From Paraphysomonas bandaiensis (lineage: Eukaryota > Protista > Chrysophyceae): a stretch of 64,000 nucleotides of DNA. The translations under genes were made by a program, and so were the position numbers. The stretch spans positions 434,001-498,000 of the forward strand of contig CBFFRP010000281.1 of NCBI GenBank assembly GCA_965644295.1, in the 5' to 3' direction. The notes beneath the pieces are model-generated. The model was not told where the DNA came from and searched no databases. It was given only the letters and a program-made list of their open reading frames with translations. Shown piece after piece: positions 47,802-60,600 of this stretch. Every line of letters starts with the position of its first letter. Within the stretch, counting starts at the first letter, position 1.

Positions 47802-50724
47802 ATGAACTCCTTCAATCTCCCTGCTGGCTATGAGGACTTTGTCTCCTCAGCAGAGAGTTTACTCAGCCAATTCAAAGAGGCTAATTCAGTGGATATAATG
47901 GTCTTTAAAATATACTCTGATAGTGGGTATACTATCGATCAGGCTATAGCTCAACAGCAAGCTGCAACCGAGTACATATCTAAGTTAACTGATGGCTATA
48001 TATGGCAGAGAGATTCTATACGTATTAAAGTTATATTACCACAGCATGGCCCTGTATATCTGGGATCTGTCGTTGAGTTTGGAGATAATATTGAAGACGA
48101 ATGGTTTGTAGTCCATGTTCTCTTTCAACTATCCAAGCAATTTCCTTCGATGAATATTACTGTGTCAGATTCTGATGGCCAATTCTTGTTGATAGAGGCG
48201 GCTTCGCATATTCCTGAGTGGCTGTCTCCCGACAATAGTGAAAATAGAGTCTGGATTCGTAATGGGAGCTTATATATTATTCCATTAGATGAAGTAGGGC
48301 GTACTAGAGACGGAACTATTACACTGCAATCAGCCTTGGAGGTTTTATGCAAGCGCGGTGAGAGTTGCATTGCTAGCAAGAGTGTGCACCAATGTTTATC
48401 TGCCCGAACTGATGTCTACCCGGCGCAGGCAAGGGCAAATTTGCATACTGCTGTATGCGTCCTTCCGCGCACAGTAGCAGAGCTTCTCAGAAAGTGTCCT
48501 CAATATATATCTGTAGCAGTAAATGGGTTGTGTAGCGAGAGAGATAAATTCTACACTCGATCAATGAGTGCGATGTCAAAATTCGGTGTGCAGGACTATG
48601 TCATCGTCCCTGTTCAATTTACACGTGCTTTATATGCTCAGCTCACATTTCAAGCTCGTTTTCATCCCCCTCCTCGGTTCCACAGTATTCAACGCAAGCT
48701 ACAACTCACCAAATGGGACAGCGCCACTGCGAAGGCTTTTGATTTAGGCTGTCGGGTAACATGTGGTCTAGAAATCGCGTACCAAAAATCTGTTAAAAGA
48801 AGTGCCTCAGCAGTGCAAGCGCGGGAAGAACGGAGAGTATCAACAGAGCGATTTTTGGATCAACACATATCCAAATGTGAAGCTAACAGTGTCAGTGACA
48901 AACCAGACATTGACAACTTTGTGGTCCTAACAACTGATTTGACTTCTGATATTATTGCCGATAATGAAGATGCTTTTATATTAGATGCGTTTCAAAACCC
49001 AATGTTGTTACATGAGCATATCACGTCACTTCAAAACGAGTTGAACGACGTTACGTTATGTGAGGTGTCTCCTCAAGACTCTGAAAGTGATGGGTGGTTA
49101 CATATGACACCGGAGGAATTCGAGAAAAATATGAATGAAAGAGTCTCCAGGATTGCAGGAGAAAATGACGTTGAAAATGATAAAAGTAATATGGCTAGTA
49201 CGAAAGAAGATGAAGCCCCTGTTGGGGGTAAGCGTACACACACTACACGGTATGATATGCCTCGTGCATCAAGCCGTCTTCCACGATCAGTAAGCGCTGC
49301 TGGAACAGATAACGATTCTGACGATGATACCATGGTGACTGAGATATGGAAACAGCGCCCTGTTAACAATCAAAATTTACCTGAAGAAGCTACAGCGGCG
49401 TCAAATACTTCAACGAATTCGAGTGAAGAACCGTCACGAATTCTCAGCGACATTGTGGGTGGTATGAATCGATTCATATCCTCTTATTCAGATGTTGGGG
49501 GGTTTGCAGACGAAACTCAAGGGAAAGGTTCCGAAGATGAAGAGCTAGAGGCTGATGTCGATGATACTCGTGATGATGTACGAGTTGCGTCTGGCGGAAC
49601 TGATATTTCTGAACCCAGTGGTAGTTCATTGGATGAAAACGCCCTTGAGGAAATTTCATTTGATTCTAGTGTGCTGATATCAATATTGGAGAAGGGAGAG
49701 CTCTCTCCGAGAAGTGCCATGAAAAAGGTCAATGAGAATGGCGGAGATAATGCCGTATCTGGTTCTTTACGTAGTGAAGATACTCGCAGGGTATACTTCA
49801 ATGGAGAGGACGAGACAAGACGCGACATTGACGATGATGTACAAGTAGCAACTGATGGAGTTGAACGTCTATGCGTGTCTGGTATTGTGGGTGTGAATGA
49901 TATACTGTTGGAAAATGATATAAATGATGGTGATAATGGAGATGATGACGGCGATGACAGTGACGATGAGGTGGAGAATAATATTGAAGCCACTAAGAAT
50001 ATACATGATAAAGAAAGTCGAAGTTCTGTAGGAAGATCACCTACAAAGTATTCTCTTGAGCCCTCCAAAGTTTCTGTACTAAATTTTGATACGTCGACCT
50101 CAACACTAACTGGTGTTGCTTTTGCTCACACTCCGCCGAAGGAAGGAAATTTTCCCAGCAGTGATGAAGATGACGGTAGTTCAGACGAAAGTGAGGGCGA
50201 AGATAGTGACGATTGGACTGCTGGTGGTGAGGAAAAAGAAAACTCTGAAGATCGGTTTATGTCTGAGTACATGGTAAGCTACTACACATCGGTTTATTCG
50301 TCAAGTTGTTATTTTCCATACTTTTAATGTGTTGTTAATTGTGAACCGCTGAGTATGTTGGTAATACTGTCCAATAGATTAACTCTTTTTGGTGCACGTT
50401 ATTATATTAGTTTGAGTATAGTATATTATTATAGTGTGATATTTTGTTTTATAGGACGCAATGGAAGCAGAGCTTTCTGGTTCAACTATGTTGGAGACTT
50501 TTGAGCGGTACTCTGCAGATGTTGATGCGGAGAATGGCGAGGATGGTTTGTATAGGCCAGTAGATATTGAGGCGAACTTACTCAAAAATTTACTTGAATC
50601 TCATGCTAGCCAAATGGGATCTGCGGGACCGGCGAGTAACTTATTGAGTCAATTAGGGATAGACCTTCCACCTCCTCCGTCGTTAGTAGATACAAATTCA
50701 GACGACGATGTCGGTAGTCAGTAG
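47802..50724 (+). CDS. ECD: Ecdysoneless (Ecd/SGT1-domain) protein; one intron near the 3' end
   Basis: FGDNIEDEWFVV, DSDGQFLLIEAA..PEWL.P..SENRVWIRNG, FTRALYAQL; C-terminal PVDIEANLLKNLLESHASQMGSAGPASNLL. Confidence 0.9.
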
Positions 50725-50835
50725 TCTCTATGCACTGAATGCTATTTCTTTTGTTTTACTTTTGTAATAAATGCACTCAGTGCAATCACAAGCAATATTG
50801 GTCGTGCTTATGTGACCATTTCCTTGTAAACCTTG

Positions 50836-52433
50836 CTGGTAACCGTTAATGGTAATGCTATTATAATTACCGGGACATTTTTCATTAATGCCATTATAAT
50901 TGCCGGGAACTGCACTACCATTAATGGCATCCCATTTACTTCTATATATAGAACTTAGTGTTTTTAAGATAATGTAGTATCTCCTCTATTCTCCGAAGAA
51001 ACTATAAACAATATTAGACAACAATATTCATGCAACTCTACAGAACCTTGTTCACTATCTTTTCAATGCTCTCTAGTAGAGCTAGAGAATAGTTTCCTGA
51101 GCAATATGCATAGCAACGTACTCATATACCCAAAAACTCTAAAACACTCATTGAAAATACTTCACCTAGAAAACATTCATAAAAATACTATTTTCCCCCA
51201 ATGTTGAAAGAAGCTGCAGTACACAACTAAGCAAAGAGCAAAAAGTAAGTATACTCTGATACTCTGTATTTATACCATATACCATATACCATATATATAT
51301 ATATTAAGCGACGATGATGGCCAAAAAAATGATGGCAGTGTAATTTACTGTCTGAGTCTTCTTCCGAGTGAATTCAGAGAATCCCCTGCTCTGTATCATA
51401 TTTGTTCGTTGTGCAATGATCGCTTTAAACAAGATATACAGCGAGGTTACACGACTGGTGTGAATCATATAACCAAGGGCACCAAACATGTCGATTTTTA
51501 TTGGCAAGAGGAACTCGAAAACATTTTGGGAAGTGAAAGACTTCACGGTGGCGATTTATTGTCCTCTTTATAAGAAAGAAAGTATTTCCTTACTCCAGAT
51601 TCTTACTTCAGCTAACTATTGAAAGCTGAAACAATATTTGACGCAACTTGAAAAATTACAGAGTGTTACGCTCGCCTTACAAAGAGATGGAACCAATTTG
51701 TACCAAGCCCGCCAGCTATTAGATATACTGCTACAAGAATTTCCAGAGCTGCATCCATACCTTTCCCTAAATGCAAGCATTGTTGCCAGTGCAATTTTTG
51801 AGAAGACAGTGGCTAAAATTCAAGAGAACGATGAAAGAGAGTTGACAGGCAATGAGTGAAGAGCAGTTAGACATTTGCAATGGGTTTTTAGACATCAGCA
51901 ATTGCAGTTTAGGATTCATCCATTGATGTTGGTGCACCCGTCAGAAATAACTAGAAGCCGAGAGTGAAGGATATGATTTTCCACAGCGTGTTCTGGGCTT
52001 GGTACCTATGAGTCTAACTACCGCTGCTTGCGTCTTATTGAAGCACAATCTACTAATGTTGTTGAGAGGCTCTTTAGTCGTGCAAAGTTAATAATCACAC
52101 CTGAACGTTGCATGAATCTATAATATCGTCTAGAATCGTTGCTATTCCTACGAGCCAATTACATGTGGTTGCAGGATGCTTAAACCCTCCATGGAGCCTT
52201 GCAAGAAGATCCTGATGTGCCAGTAGAGAGCACGAAGTAGTTACAAGAAGTAATTAAGGGAGAACTTACTATACTATATCTATCATGAGCGGTATTTTAT
52301 CTACTTTAAGTTAGTAGATTGATTTTACTGATCATAAACGCCATTATAATTTCCTGACAATTTTCATTAATGCCATTATAATAGCCGGGAACTGGGCTAC
52401 CATTAATGGGCCATTAATGGTTACCAGGCCCTG
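50836..52433 (+). mobile_element. Deleted/decayed hAT element (family B) with transposase remnants
   Basis: Intact right TIR CCATTAATGGTTACCAGGCCCTG ending at 52433; eroded left TIR CTGGTAACCGTTAATGG; LQSVTLALQRDGTNL..., NVVERLFSRAKL..RLESLLFLRAN. Confidence 0.8.
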
Positions 52434-52849
52434 TAATGTTCTATCAATTCATTATAAATATCAACAATATAATATAATATATGCTGAGATCAGCTTTTTA
52501 TACATCTTCACCACCTACTAGTAGTAATTAGTGTGGAAAGCACGACAGGTGACTATGGGGAGTTTTGTGCACCACGCACACCATTTTTGCTTGTGTTGCT
52601 ACATAAGCCTAATTCTTCATAAGAGAATGTATCTAGAGGCTCTTATGAAAACTAGCTAATTGATACATACGATATTTAATGTGAGACTGAGGTCTACTGA
52701 ATACAATAACTTGGCAGTGTAAGCACCATTCGGCATTCGGACAACTTATGGGACTGGATGGAAAAAATGGGAGTTCAACACAACACTATATATCGAAGGT
52801 ACACCATATACGTTTTAAAAGACTACATACATATTAAATTCAGTATGAG

Positions 52850-53261
52850 TCCAATATATCATCAAATATTTCACCAGGTTTTATACATTTCACCAGCAGG
52901 TTTTGGTATTACCTCGACTTAATATAAAACACACAATGAAACTGCCATTATGAAATAGCGGTGGCGACGGCAGTATCGTCCTCATTCACCTCACTTCATA
53001 TTCGTGGTAAAAGCACTTCCAAGAGCATAATCGCACCCCTCTGCGGGACGATACTCTGTTTTATGGGGATCCGCTGGTGTTTGGTTCAGCAAAAAGAAAT
53101 TAAGTTATTTTCGCTCAGTAACCGTAAATTGTGTGGTTTGATATATAGCAACAAACGAATCATCACTGTCCAGGCGAACTTGATATCTCCCTTCAAGTCG
53201 AGGTAATACCAAAACCTGGCTTTTGATGTAAAACCTGGTGAAATTTTTGATGATGGTTGGA
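52850..53261. repeat. About 65-bp inverted repeat pair (52850-52920 / 53195-53261); third copy at 24954
   Basis: AAGTCGAGGTAATACCAAAACCTG...AAACCTGGTGAAAT and its reverse complement. Confidence 0.8.
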
Positions 53262-53272
53262 AAAGGGTATAA

Positions 53273-53685
53273 CTATGCACAATAAGTAACTATGAATTTA
53301 TCCACTGCTGTAGTTATAATCCAATTTGTAACTACTCCCTTGAGACCATTCATACTCTGCTTAGATAAATTCACGAGCTCAACGCTGTCACCAATATATA
53401 GCCACTGTATGCTTTTCTTTAATGGGTGTCTCCTTTTCAACAGAGGATGCAGTAGATTCATGCGCCCGTCCCACAACTTTAATATGTTTCTCTAAAAAAA
53501 AACACTCTTCTTGTCGAATGTATGCGCTCAAGCGCCCAGTGCCCTCCACCATCACGAGATGCCTGTGTATTATCGACCCGTCCCACTACAATGGCTTCTT
53601 GACCATTAAGAGATAGACCTGAACATCCGGTTATAACTACAATATCATTGATAGTCACCTGATGAGACCAGATACAGCCGCCCAA
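53273..53685 (-). pseudogene. Frameshifted fragment with two SH3/KOW-like repeats
   Basis: INDIVVITGCSGLSLNGQEAIV and IGDSVELVNLSKQSMNGLKGVV lie in different frames. Confidence 0.3.
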
Positions 53686-55023
53686 ATTTACTCTATTTTA
53701 ATCATAGATATGAGCCCTTGTTACTATACCTCGGATACTAAAGACCATAGATACGAAGTAGTGATTATCTATAAGATCAATCAACTGCTGTGTGCGCATA
53801 CCACAACCATTATACTTATTACAGAACAGAGTGATGAAATTTCACTACAAACCAAACAGATATGATGATTAACTGGTAGTTCCCACTGGCAATACGCAGA
53901 AAAGGTCAGGGTATTCTTGCATTGGCTTTGATCAGTATTCATGTGGATAACGAATAAGTTATCACCAACTATTCTCCCGATACCTAACCACGTGCGTGCT
54001 TCTTAACATTAATGACCGCCTTCACTGAGAAGATTATAAACCATTTACCGAATAAGAAGCATATCTTTAGGAAATTCGAGATCATTCCTCCGGACACTCA
54101 CAGCAGGTCTTAATTAGTTTCTTGAAATGTTATGAATAACAATTATGTTGGGTGAGTTGATACTACATCATGTTTTGTGCTTTCTTATGACAACACGAAA
54201 GCGTTCCACATTTTGACGAGTACGGTTCAAGTCACGCTTGTACATTAGAACTTATCATCCTATCGAACAGTATCGTAAGAATGGCTCACAGAAAAACTGA
54301 TTTGAATTTAGTAATATATACTGAACCCTTGGTACCCACTAAGTTGCGGTATTAAACGTCTAAGAAGCGCATCACGTCAAAAAATCAAAGAAAATCAAAC
54401 ATCATACTCGCTATTTCTGTTAAGGCAGTATTAAGACTCATTGATTCACGTATATCTCTTATCGCGTGAATACAGACATGTATATAAATAAATATCACAT
54501 AAACTGAAATAATTACCAAACTGAACAAGATACGCGACTGTAGAAGATACGCAAATGTGTGTGGTGCTAACGATCTGTTCAAACGTGTCTTGCGATTATA
54601 CTATTAGACCTTATCCTTCATGTAAATTTTACGTAATCAATCTTTAGCTCTAAAATTACGAAGTGCATTTTTCATTAATACTATGACTAGCTATAAATCG
54701 TATTTCTTTCGCTTATTAGTTGGTAATAACGCAACTACTAAGTACTATGCGCTATGCGTCTATCATGTATTATCTATTCTATGACTTGCTCTGTCAGTGG
54801 ATACTATGACTTCTTTACAACAGTTGTATGTTGTAAAACTATATGTGGCAGTGAAAATACTACTTTCATAACTGTCAGATACACTCAAGCATATAATACT
54901 AATCACTATTAATAATTGCTTTCATAATACACCCAGCTCGTAGTTAACACAAAGTAAGCAAGCGAGATAATAAGTCTAGTAATAAAATTATTAAAGAAGT
55001 AGCGAAAGTATGGCTACTAGAAC

Positions 55024-55971
55024 CTATGGCGGTGAAAGGACACTCACTGATCCGTCTGCCATATGAGCAACTAGAACTGTCGAAGCCATTTGGATAAACA
55101 AACCGTGCTCAACCACACCAACGGTGTTGTTTAGTTCAATATTCGCGGCCAACGCATCCTTGATGCTCATCTTTTTGTCAAAATGTAAGTCCACAATGTA
55201 GTTACCATTATCGGTAATAGCGATATCATTTCCATCTTGTTTGTTGTTGGATACATTTCCGCGCCGGAGCACGGGACGGCAGCCTTTTAGTGACGGTAGA
55301 CCTGCCACAGTGCGAATCGTATGTTCATAGCAGAACGGGGTGATTTCAACCGGCAATGGAAATCCTGGTCCAAGCTCACGTACCAGTTTAGAATCATCGG
55401 CGATTACGATAAAAGTTTTCGAAGCAACTTCTACCTAGTATGCATAAATGATAATTCGTCACATTACAAAACAGCGTTCCCACCATTTTTTCTCGCAGTA
55501 ATGCTCCACCGCCGCCCTTGATCATATTAAAATTTTTATCTATCTGATATAATTAAATTACACAGTGTCACATTTTAATAAAGAAATCCATCTGACCTGA
55601 TCTGCCCCATCAATAGTAACATCCAAGACGGAATGATCATTTAATGTTGCAAGAGGAATTCCAAGAGATAAAGCCTGCGTCTTCGTAGCTTCGGAGGTTG
55701 GTATTGCAATAATGTTTTTCAATTCTCCACTCTTCAGCTTCTGTCCCAGCCGTTCTACTGCGTATTTTGCAGTTGAACCGGTCCCCAGGCCAACAATCAT
55801 GCCACTCTTTACATAGTCATCAACACTTTTATACCCCACAATTTGTTTTGCTTTCTCAGACGTTGATTGAGGAGCACAAAGAGAAGGATGGGATGTTGTG
55901 TACATGCATCCAGACGCCATCACACCACACGCCACTACACGACGATGAGCTAGAGTAAATCGGGAAAACAT
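55024..55971 (-). CDS. RPIA: Ribose-5-phosphate isomerase A with N-terminal presequence; multi-exon
   Basis: VGLGTGSTA, AIPTS, TIDGADQ, IKGGGGALLREK, PVEI, ITDNGNYIVD, GVVEHGLF; start MFSRFTLAHRR at 55971. Confidence 0.92.
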
Positions 55972-56207
55972 TATAAATGTATTCGATTGGTATCTATAGG
56001 AATAACTTGCGTGTATCAAGTATATGAACAACAAGCATAGTGGTATCTTCCTCTTCTCCCTGCTACGACTGTGCAGGAGTTCCTACAGTGGTAGGCTTTT
56101 TGGGTAGCATGCGTACAATGATACTCTGTATCTCCATATCTAGACATTCGGTGTACTCATGCAAGCATACTCCTGGTACTGGCGCATACATACCATGCAT
56201 ACTGTTG

Positions 56208-56454
56208 TACATACATACATACATACATACATACATACATACATACATACATACATACATACATACATACATACATACATACATACATACATACATACAT
56301 ACATACATACATACATACATACATACATACATACATACATACATACATACATACATACATACATACGTACATACATACATACATACATACATACATACAT
56401 ACATACATACATACATACATACATACATACATACATACATACACACATACATAC
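56208..56454. repeat. (TACA)n microsatellite, about 61 units, two variant units
   Basis: Lies between the divergent RPI and histidine kinase genes. Confidence 0.98.
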
Positions 56455-56704
56455 GTACGGCTGTACATAATCATCGTACTAGGTTTGAATTGTCGCATTG
56501 TTTATTGTGTTCGCACTCGCCTCATTGCTGTGGAATTCCTACATGTGTCAGGACATTGCAGGGCATATGCTTATGCCCATTCAACCCTTCATATTCCAGC
56601 ACTCTGTCTGCTATACATGATATACTTACATATACTTCTCCGTACGGAGGATATTAACTAAGAAGTAACTCCCACAGGGTCCTTGTGGCACTAGTAGGGC
56701 TCTT

Positions 56705-59407
56705 ATGATGCCTGAAGCACACGGATTGAATAGCGATCAAGACATGTCGTCATCAATGAATCAAACCCCTCATTCAGATAAGAAATTCTCTCAGAATGTA
56801 TCAAAGAGAGATATACAGTATAAAGTGATATGTCGTATGGGTGCAGGCACTCTTCTCAGTATATTGATTGGGTTGTTAACATATTACACACTTGCTAACA
56901 TACAATACACAGCATTTGAACGAGAGTATAGTTATCTGTCTCGGGGAATTGTGGATTCAGCTCAAACAGCACTCAGTCAAGCACACAGTGTGGCGGAGAC
57001 AGTGTCTGAAGTCTATGGCACCCAGTTTCCTGATTCATCTATGTGGCCTTATGTAGCTAGAGGACATTTTGGTCGAATGGTAGCACCAATGATCAGTTTA
57101 CTGGGTGCAAGAAACATCAATCATGTTCCTATTGTATATCCACGAAACCTGTACGAGTTTGAGACGTTTGCGTATGATTTTTTCGACAGTGATGCGGAAA
57201 GTATATCTGGATTGGGCATTTCACCCTTTGGAAAGGGTGTATATGCTTTCAATGAATCAGGAATGAAATATCATGACACCACAGGGGTAACGAATTTTAG
57301 CCCATACAATATCATCACACCAGTGTTTCAAGTTGGTAATGTTAAGCAAAATTCACCTGTAGTGATGTATAATACTCACGCGGAATCGGTACGAGGAAAA
57401 GGTATTGATGGAGTCATTGATTGCTTTGCCTCCAATGGTGACCCTGGCAGTTGCTCAACTCTGACTGACTTTATCTTTTTAGTTCAAGATGATGTGAAGA
57501 GTCCTGCAGCCATATTTTACTATCCTGAAATACCAGCTCACAATTCCTCACATCTGGTCGGATTTGTTGCAGTGGTTTTAAGTTGGGATGCAGTTCTTGT
57601 CAACACATATCATGATCGTAAAGGTAATACGGATATTTTGCTTGTCCTATCCAGCTCTGGCGGTACTACAGTGACTTACACCGCTCACAATGAGAAAATT
57701 GAATACATGGGGGAAGGAGATAAGCACAACAAAAAATATTCTGGTTATGGAGTAAGCGGATGCCTTGATTCTCCTGTGGGAACCGCTTCGACGTCTGCTA
57801 AATACACCTTGGTCGTATATCCAACCAACAGATATTACTACTCATTTGTGAACAGCTATCCCATCGTTGCGGGAGTTGTTACTGGTTTTGTAGTTATTGC
57901 TCTTATTTCGTTATTCGTTCTCTATGATGTCTTTGTTTCCTTGCAAAGATACCGAACAGAGGCTGTGCAATACACAAGGAAAGTATTTTTGCGCTGGGTC
58001 AGTCATGAAATACGCACACCTCTGAATGCGGTGTATCTTGGCCTGACTTCTCTCTGTGACGCAACTAAAGATACTTATCACAATGCTCCAACGTCGTCTG
58101 AGTCCTTTCAGGAACTAAAAACTGGTTTGGAAAATTCGATTTCTGTATTAGATGATTTTTTGGCGTACAGCTCTTTCGATTCTCATAACTATATCTTCAA
58201 GGAAGTCGCTATAATTGAACTCATGGAGAGTTGTGTTCGTAGTCACTCTGAAGCAGCAGTCGTGAAGAATATTAAAACAGAATATGTGGTAAATTACAAA
58301 ACAGAAGAATCTTCAAAAGGTGGTGCGTTGAACGTTATGGCAGATATAGATAGATTACGAGAAGCACTTAATCGAGTTTTACTGTACTCAATTCATATAT
58401 CTCCACGTGGTAAAGACTTAATTATATCAGGTATATGCGCACATATTATTAAGTGCTGGTCTAATGGTTTGTTATTGTTAGTTTCTTGGGATTTACCTAT
58501 TCCTCAAGTTACTATTTCAGTGTCAAATTACGGCCCATCATTGAATCAAGATTTAATATGTGATGGATCATCATTCGATGTGTCCCGTCTTCGAACTGGA
58601 AGCCACGACAACTTATCCCTGTGGATTGCAGCTAATATTTTTAAAGCTCACGGGGGTAGTATGCTCTTAACGGGTACTGGAGATGTCGGGTCAACTGTTT
58701 CTATTATTCTGCCTCATGTTAACACATCATCTTCCACAAGAAGTGGTAGTATTTTTAAAAATCTTAATGCGTTTATGTCAGTCAAGTCTCAACGACATGT
58801 ACTGCCATATTCAAATAGCGCAAGGTCTACAGATGAGTGTGAGAAATCGTTTTGCGAGAAGCGTTTACCGAGTGTCGTGCCCTCTAGTACGGTTGCATAT
58901 GCAACTATTGAGAACGCTCATCTTCCTACCCTAAAGATTCTTGTAGTCGATGACGTCTTATCCAATAGAAAGATTTTGGCAAGGCTATTAACCCAGAGAG
59001 GTCATTGCTGCACAATGGCTGAGAATGGGATGGAGTCTATAGGTTTAGTGAAAAAACTTTGGGGTTCTTCGGAACAGTTTGATGTGATTTGCATGGACTA
59101 TGAAATGCCGGTGTGTGATGGTCCGACGGCCGCTAGAAGTCTACGTGATATGGATTGCAAAATTCCAATAATTGGAGTTACAGGGAATGTACTTCAAGAA
59201 GATTTGCGCTATTTTGTATCTCAGGGAGCTTCTGTTGTGCTGCCGAAGCCTGTAGTAATGAAATCATTGGAGGAAGAACTTCGAAAGTTATTTTCGGGCG
59301 GAAAGCTTCGTGGAGTTAACACTTCAAGCTATGCCTCAATGGACGGTTCGTTTCGACAGAATTCTGATGTACATGATGCTTCGCTGGCAATGTTTGGTGG
59401 AGCGTGA
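56705..59407 (+). CDS. Membrane hybrid histidine kinase (TM - CHASE-like sensor - TM - HisKA - degenerate HATPase - REC)
   Basis: Two hydrophobic segments; FLRWVSHEIRTPLN; LKILVVDD..FDVICMDYEMPVCDG..IIGVTGN..LPKP. Likely in-frame 51-nt intron at 58431-58481. Confidence 0.88.
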   Translation: MMPEAHGLNSDQDMSSSMNQTPHSDKKFSQNVSKRDIQYKVICRMGAGTLLSILIGLLTYYTLANIQYTAFEREYSYLSRGIVDSAQTALSQAHSVAETVSEVYGTQFPDSSMWPYVARGHFGRMVAPMISLLGARNINHVPIVYPRNLYEFETFAYDFFDSDAESISGLGISPFGKGVYAFNESGMKYHDTTGVTNFSPYNIITPVFQVGNVKQNSPVVMYNTHAESVRGKGIDGVIDCFASNGDPGSCSTLTDFIFLVQDDVKSPAAIFYYPEIPAHNSSHLVGFVAVVLSWDAVLVNTYHDRKGNTDILLVLSSSGGTTVTYTAHNEKIEYMGEGDKHNKKYSGYGVSGCLDSPVGTASTSAKYTLVVYPTNRYYYSFVNSYPIVAGVVTGFVVIALISLFVLYDVFVSLQRYRTEAVQYTRKVFLRWVSHEIRTPLNAVYLGLTSLCDATKDTYHNAPTSSESFQELKTGLENSISVLDDFLAYSSFDSHNYIFKEVAIIELMESCVRSHSEAAVVKNIKTEYVVNYKTEESSKGGALNVMADIDRLREALNRVLLYSIHISPRGKDLIISGICAHIIKCWSNGLLLLVSWDLPIPQVTISVSNYGPSLNQDLICDGSSFDVSRLRTGSHDNLSLWIAANIFKAHGGSMLLTGTGDVGSTVSIILPHVNTSSSTRSGSIFKNLNAFMSVKSQRHVLPYSNSARSTDECEKSFCEKRLPSVVPSSTVAYATIENAHLPTLKILVVDDVLSNRKILARLLTQRGHCCTMAENGMESIGLVKKLWGSSEQFDVICMDYEMPVCDGPTAARSLRDMDCKIPIIGVTGNVLQEDLRYFVSQGASVVLPKPVVMKSLEEELRKLFSGGKLRGVNTSSYASMDGSFRQNSDVHDASLAMFGGA

Positions 59408-59849
59408 AAACTATCATTGTGTTTTGTTTATAGTAGCTCACATTTTTTTAGTATTTTTATTTGAATGTGTTCAAGTTTACACAGTATCCTGATAAAGGAA
59501 TTATTGCGATACATATATTGTAGTTGCTAATCGTATGATTGGAACTACAAGTAGTATATATGTTGGTAGTGACTTTGTTGTAAGGCACTCAACGAAGATG
59601 GACTCATGACGATGTAATTGAAAATTATACCGGCTCACGATCTAAACGAATGTGATGGTTCATCTGAAGAGCTGACTAACTAAATCGTCACTGTCGGCAA
59701 ATTAATTTGAGCAATTATATATTACTAAAGTCGTGGTTCGTTTGAAAACGTCAAAATATAACAAAGATGAGTTGAAAGAGTTAACGATATTTGATATATA
59801 CGGCGTGTAATAAATATATATGTTGATCATACAGACAATATGAATTCAT

Positions 59850-60600
59850 TCCCATATTGTCTAAAACAATGTGTTATGACCTGAATACTGAATACTACGC
59901 TTATATTAGCACCGGCAAAATACAAACATTCAACTTCAATATCTTAATTTTACGATATTATTGACAGTCATTGGCATGTAATTCATTGTATTATATACTT
60001 CAATGATGACTCAACTTTCAAAAACAGATCATCAAACACTGCAAGCTATATTCAATATTCAATATTTCATCTTAGTAGTGAATATCTAATACCTGTATAT
60101 TATATTGAAAGCATTCGGCTATGAGTGGGCAGAAGAATATCTGCTGATTATGTTTGCGGCTCACGTTAGTTTCCCAGAGAGAATCTCTCCGGTACTTATC
60201 CCCCAGAACATCACGAAAAGGTGCGAGTCCGATTTTGTTGAGGGATCTGATACCTGGATATTAGAAATAGATGTGTAAGAGTCAGAACTAATATAGCAAT
60301 ACAATTTATTTCATCAGTCATCTGATTGTGGAAGATCATAATGATGTCAGTGCAAGCGATTTATTTAATATTACTTCTTCTATATCGAAACAACTTCTTC
60401 TAATATTTAATATCGAAACAACTTCTATAATATTACTGGAGAGTTCAGATGTGCGACATCTGATACTGTATCGGTGCATAGGAGCAGCGGCTCCCAGTCC
60501 TTTCAGGGTTAGAATCACGTCGTGCTTATCAGGATTGTGTGCCATATACACATCAGTAATCATCACGAATTTCAACACCTCGCAGTTGCTATTCCCTCAG
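59850..60600 (-). mobile_element. Decayed inverted family C copy
   Basis: ATTAGCACCGGC..ACATTCAACTTCAATAT and GATCATAATGATGTCAGTGCAAGCGAT..TAGGAGCAGCGGCTCCCAG are collinear with the reverse complement of 18400-18900. Confidence 0.6.

Noticed and set aside
44042-50724. GCH1-rtcB-ECD (plus TatSF1) as a functional GTP/RNA-processing cluster
   Set aside because: No sequence evidence beyond adjacency; housekeeping neighbours are expected in a compact genome.
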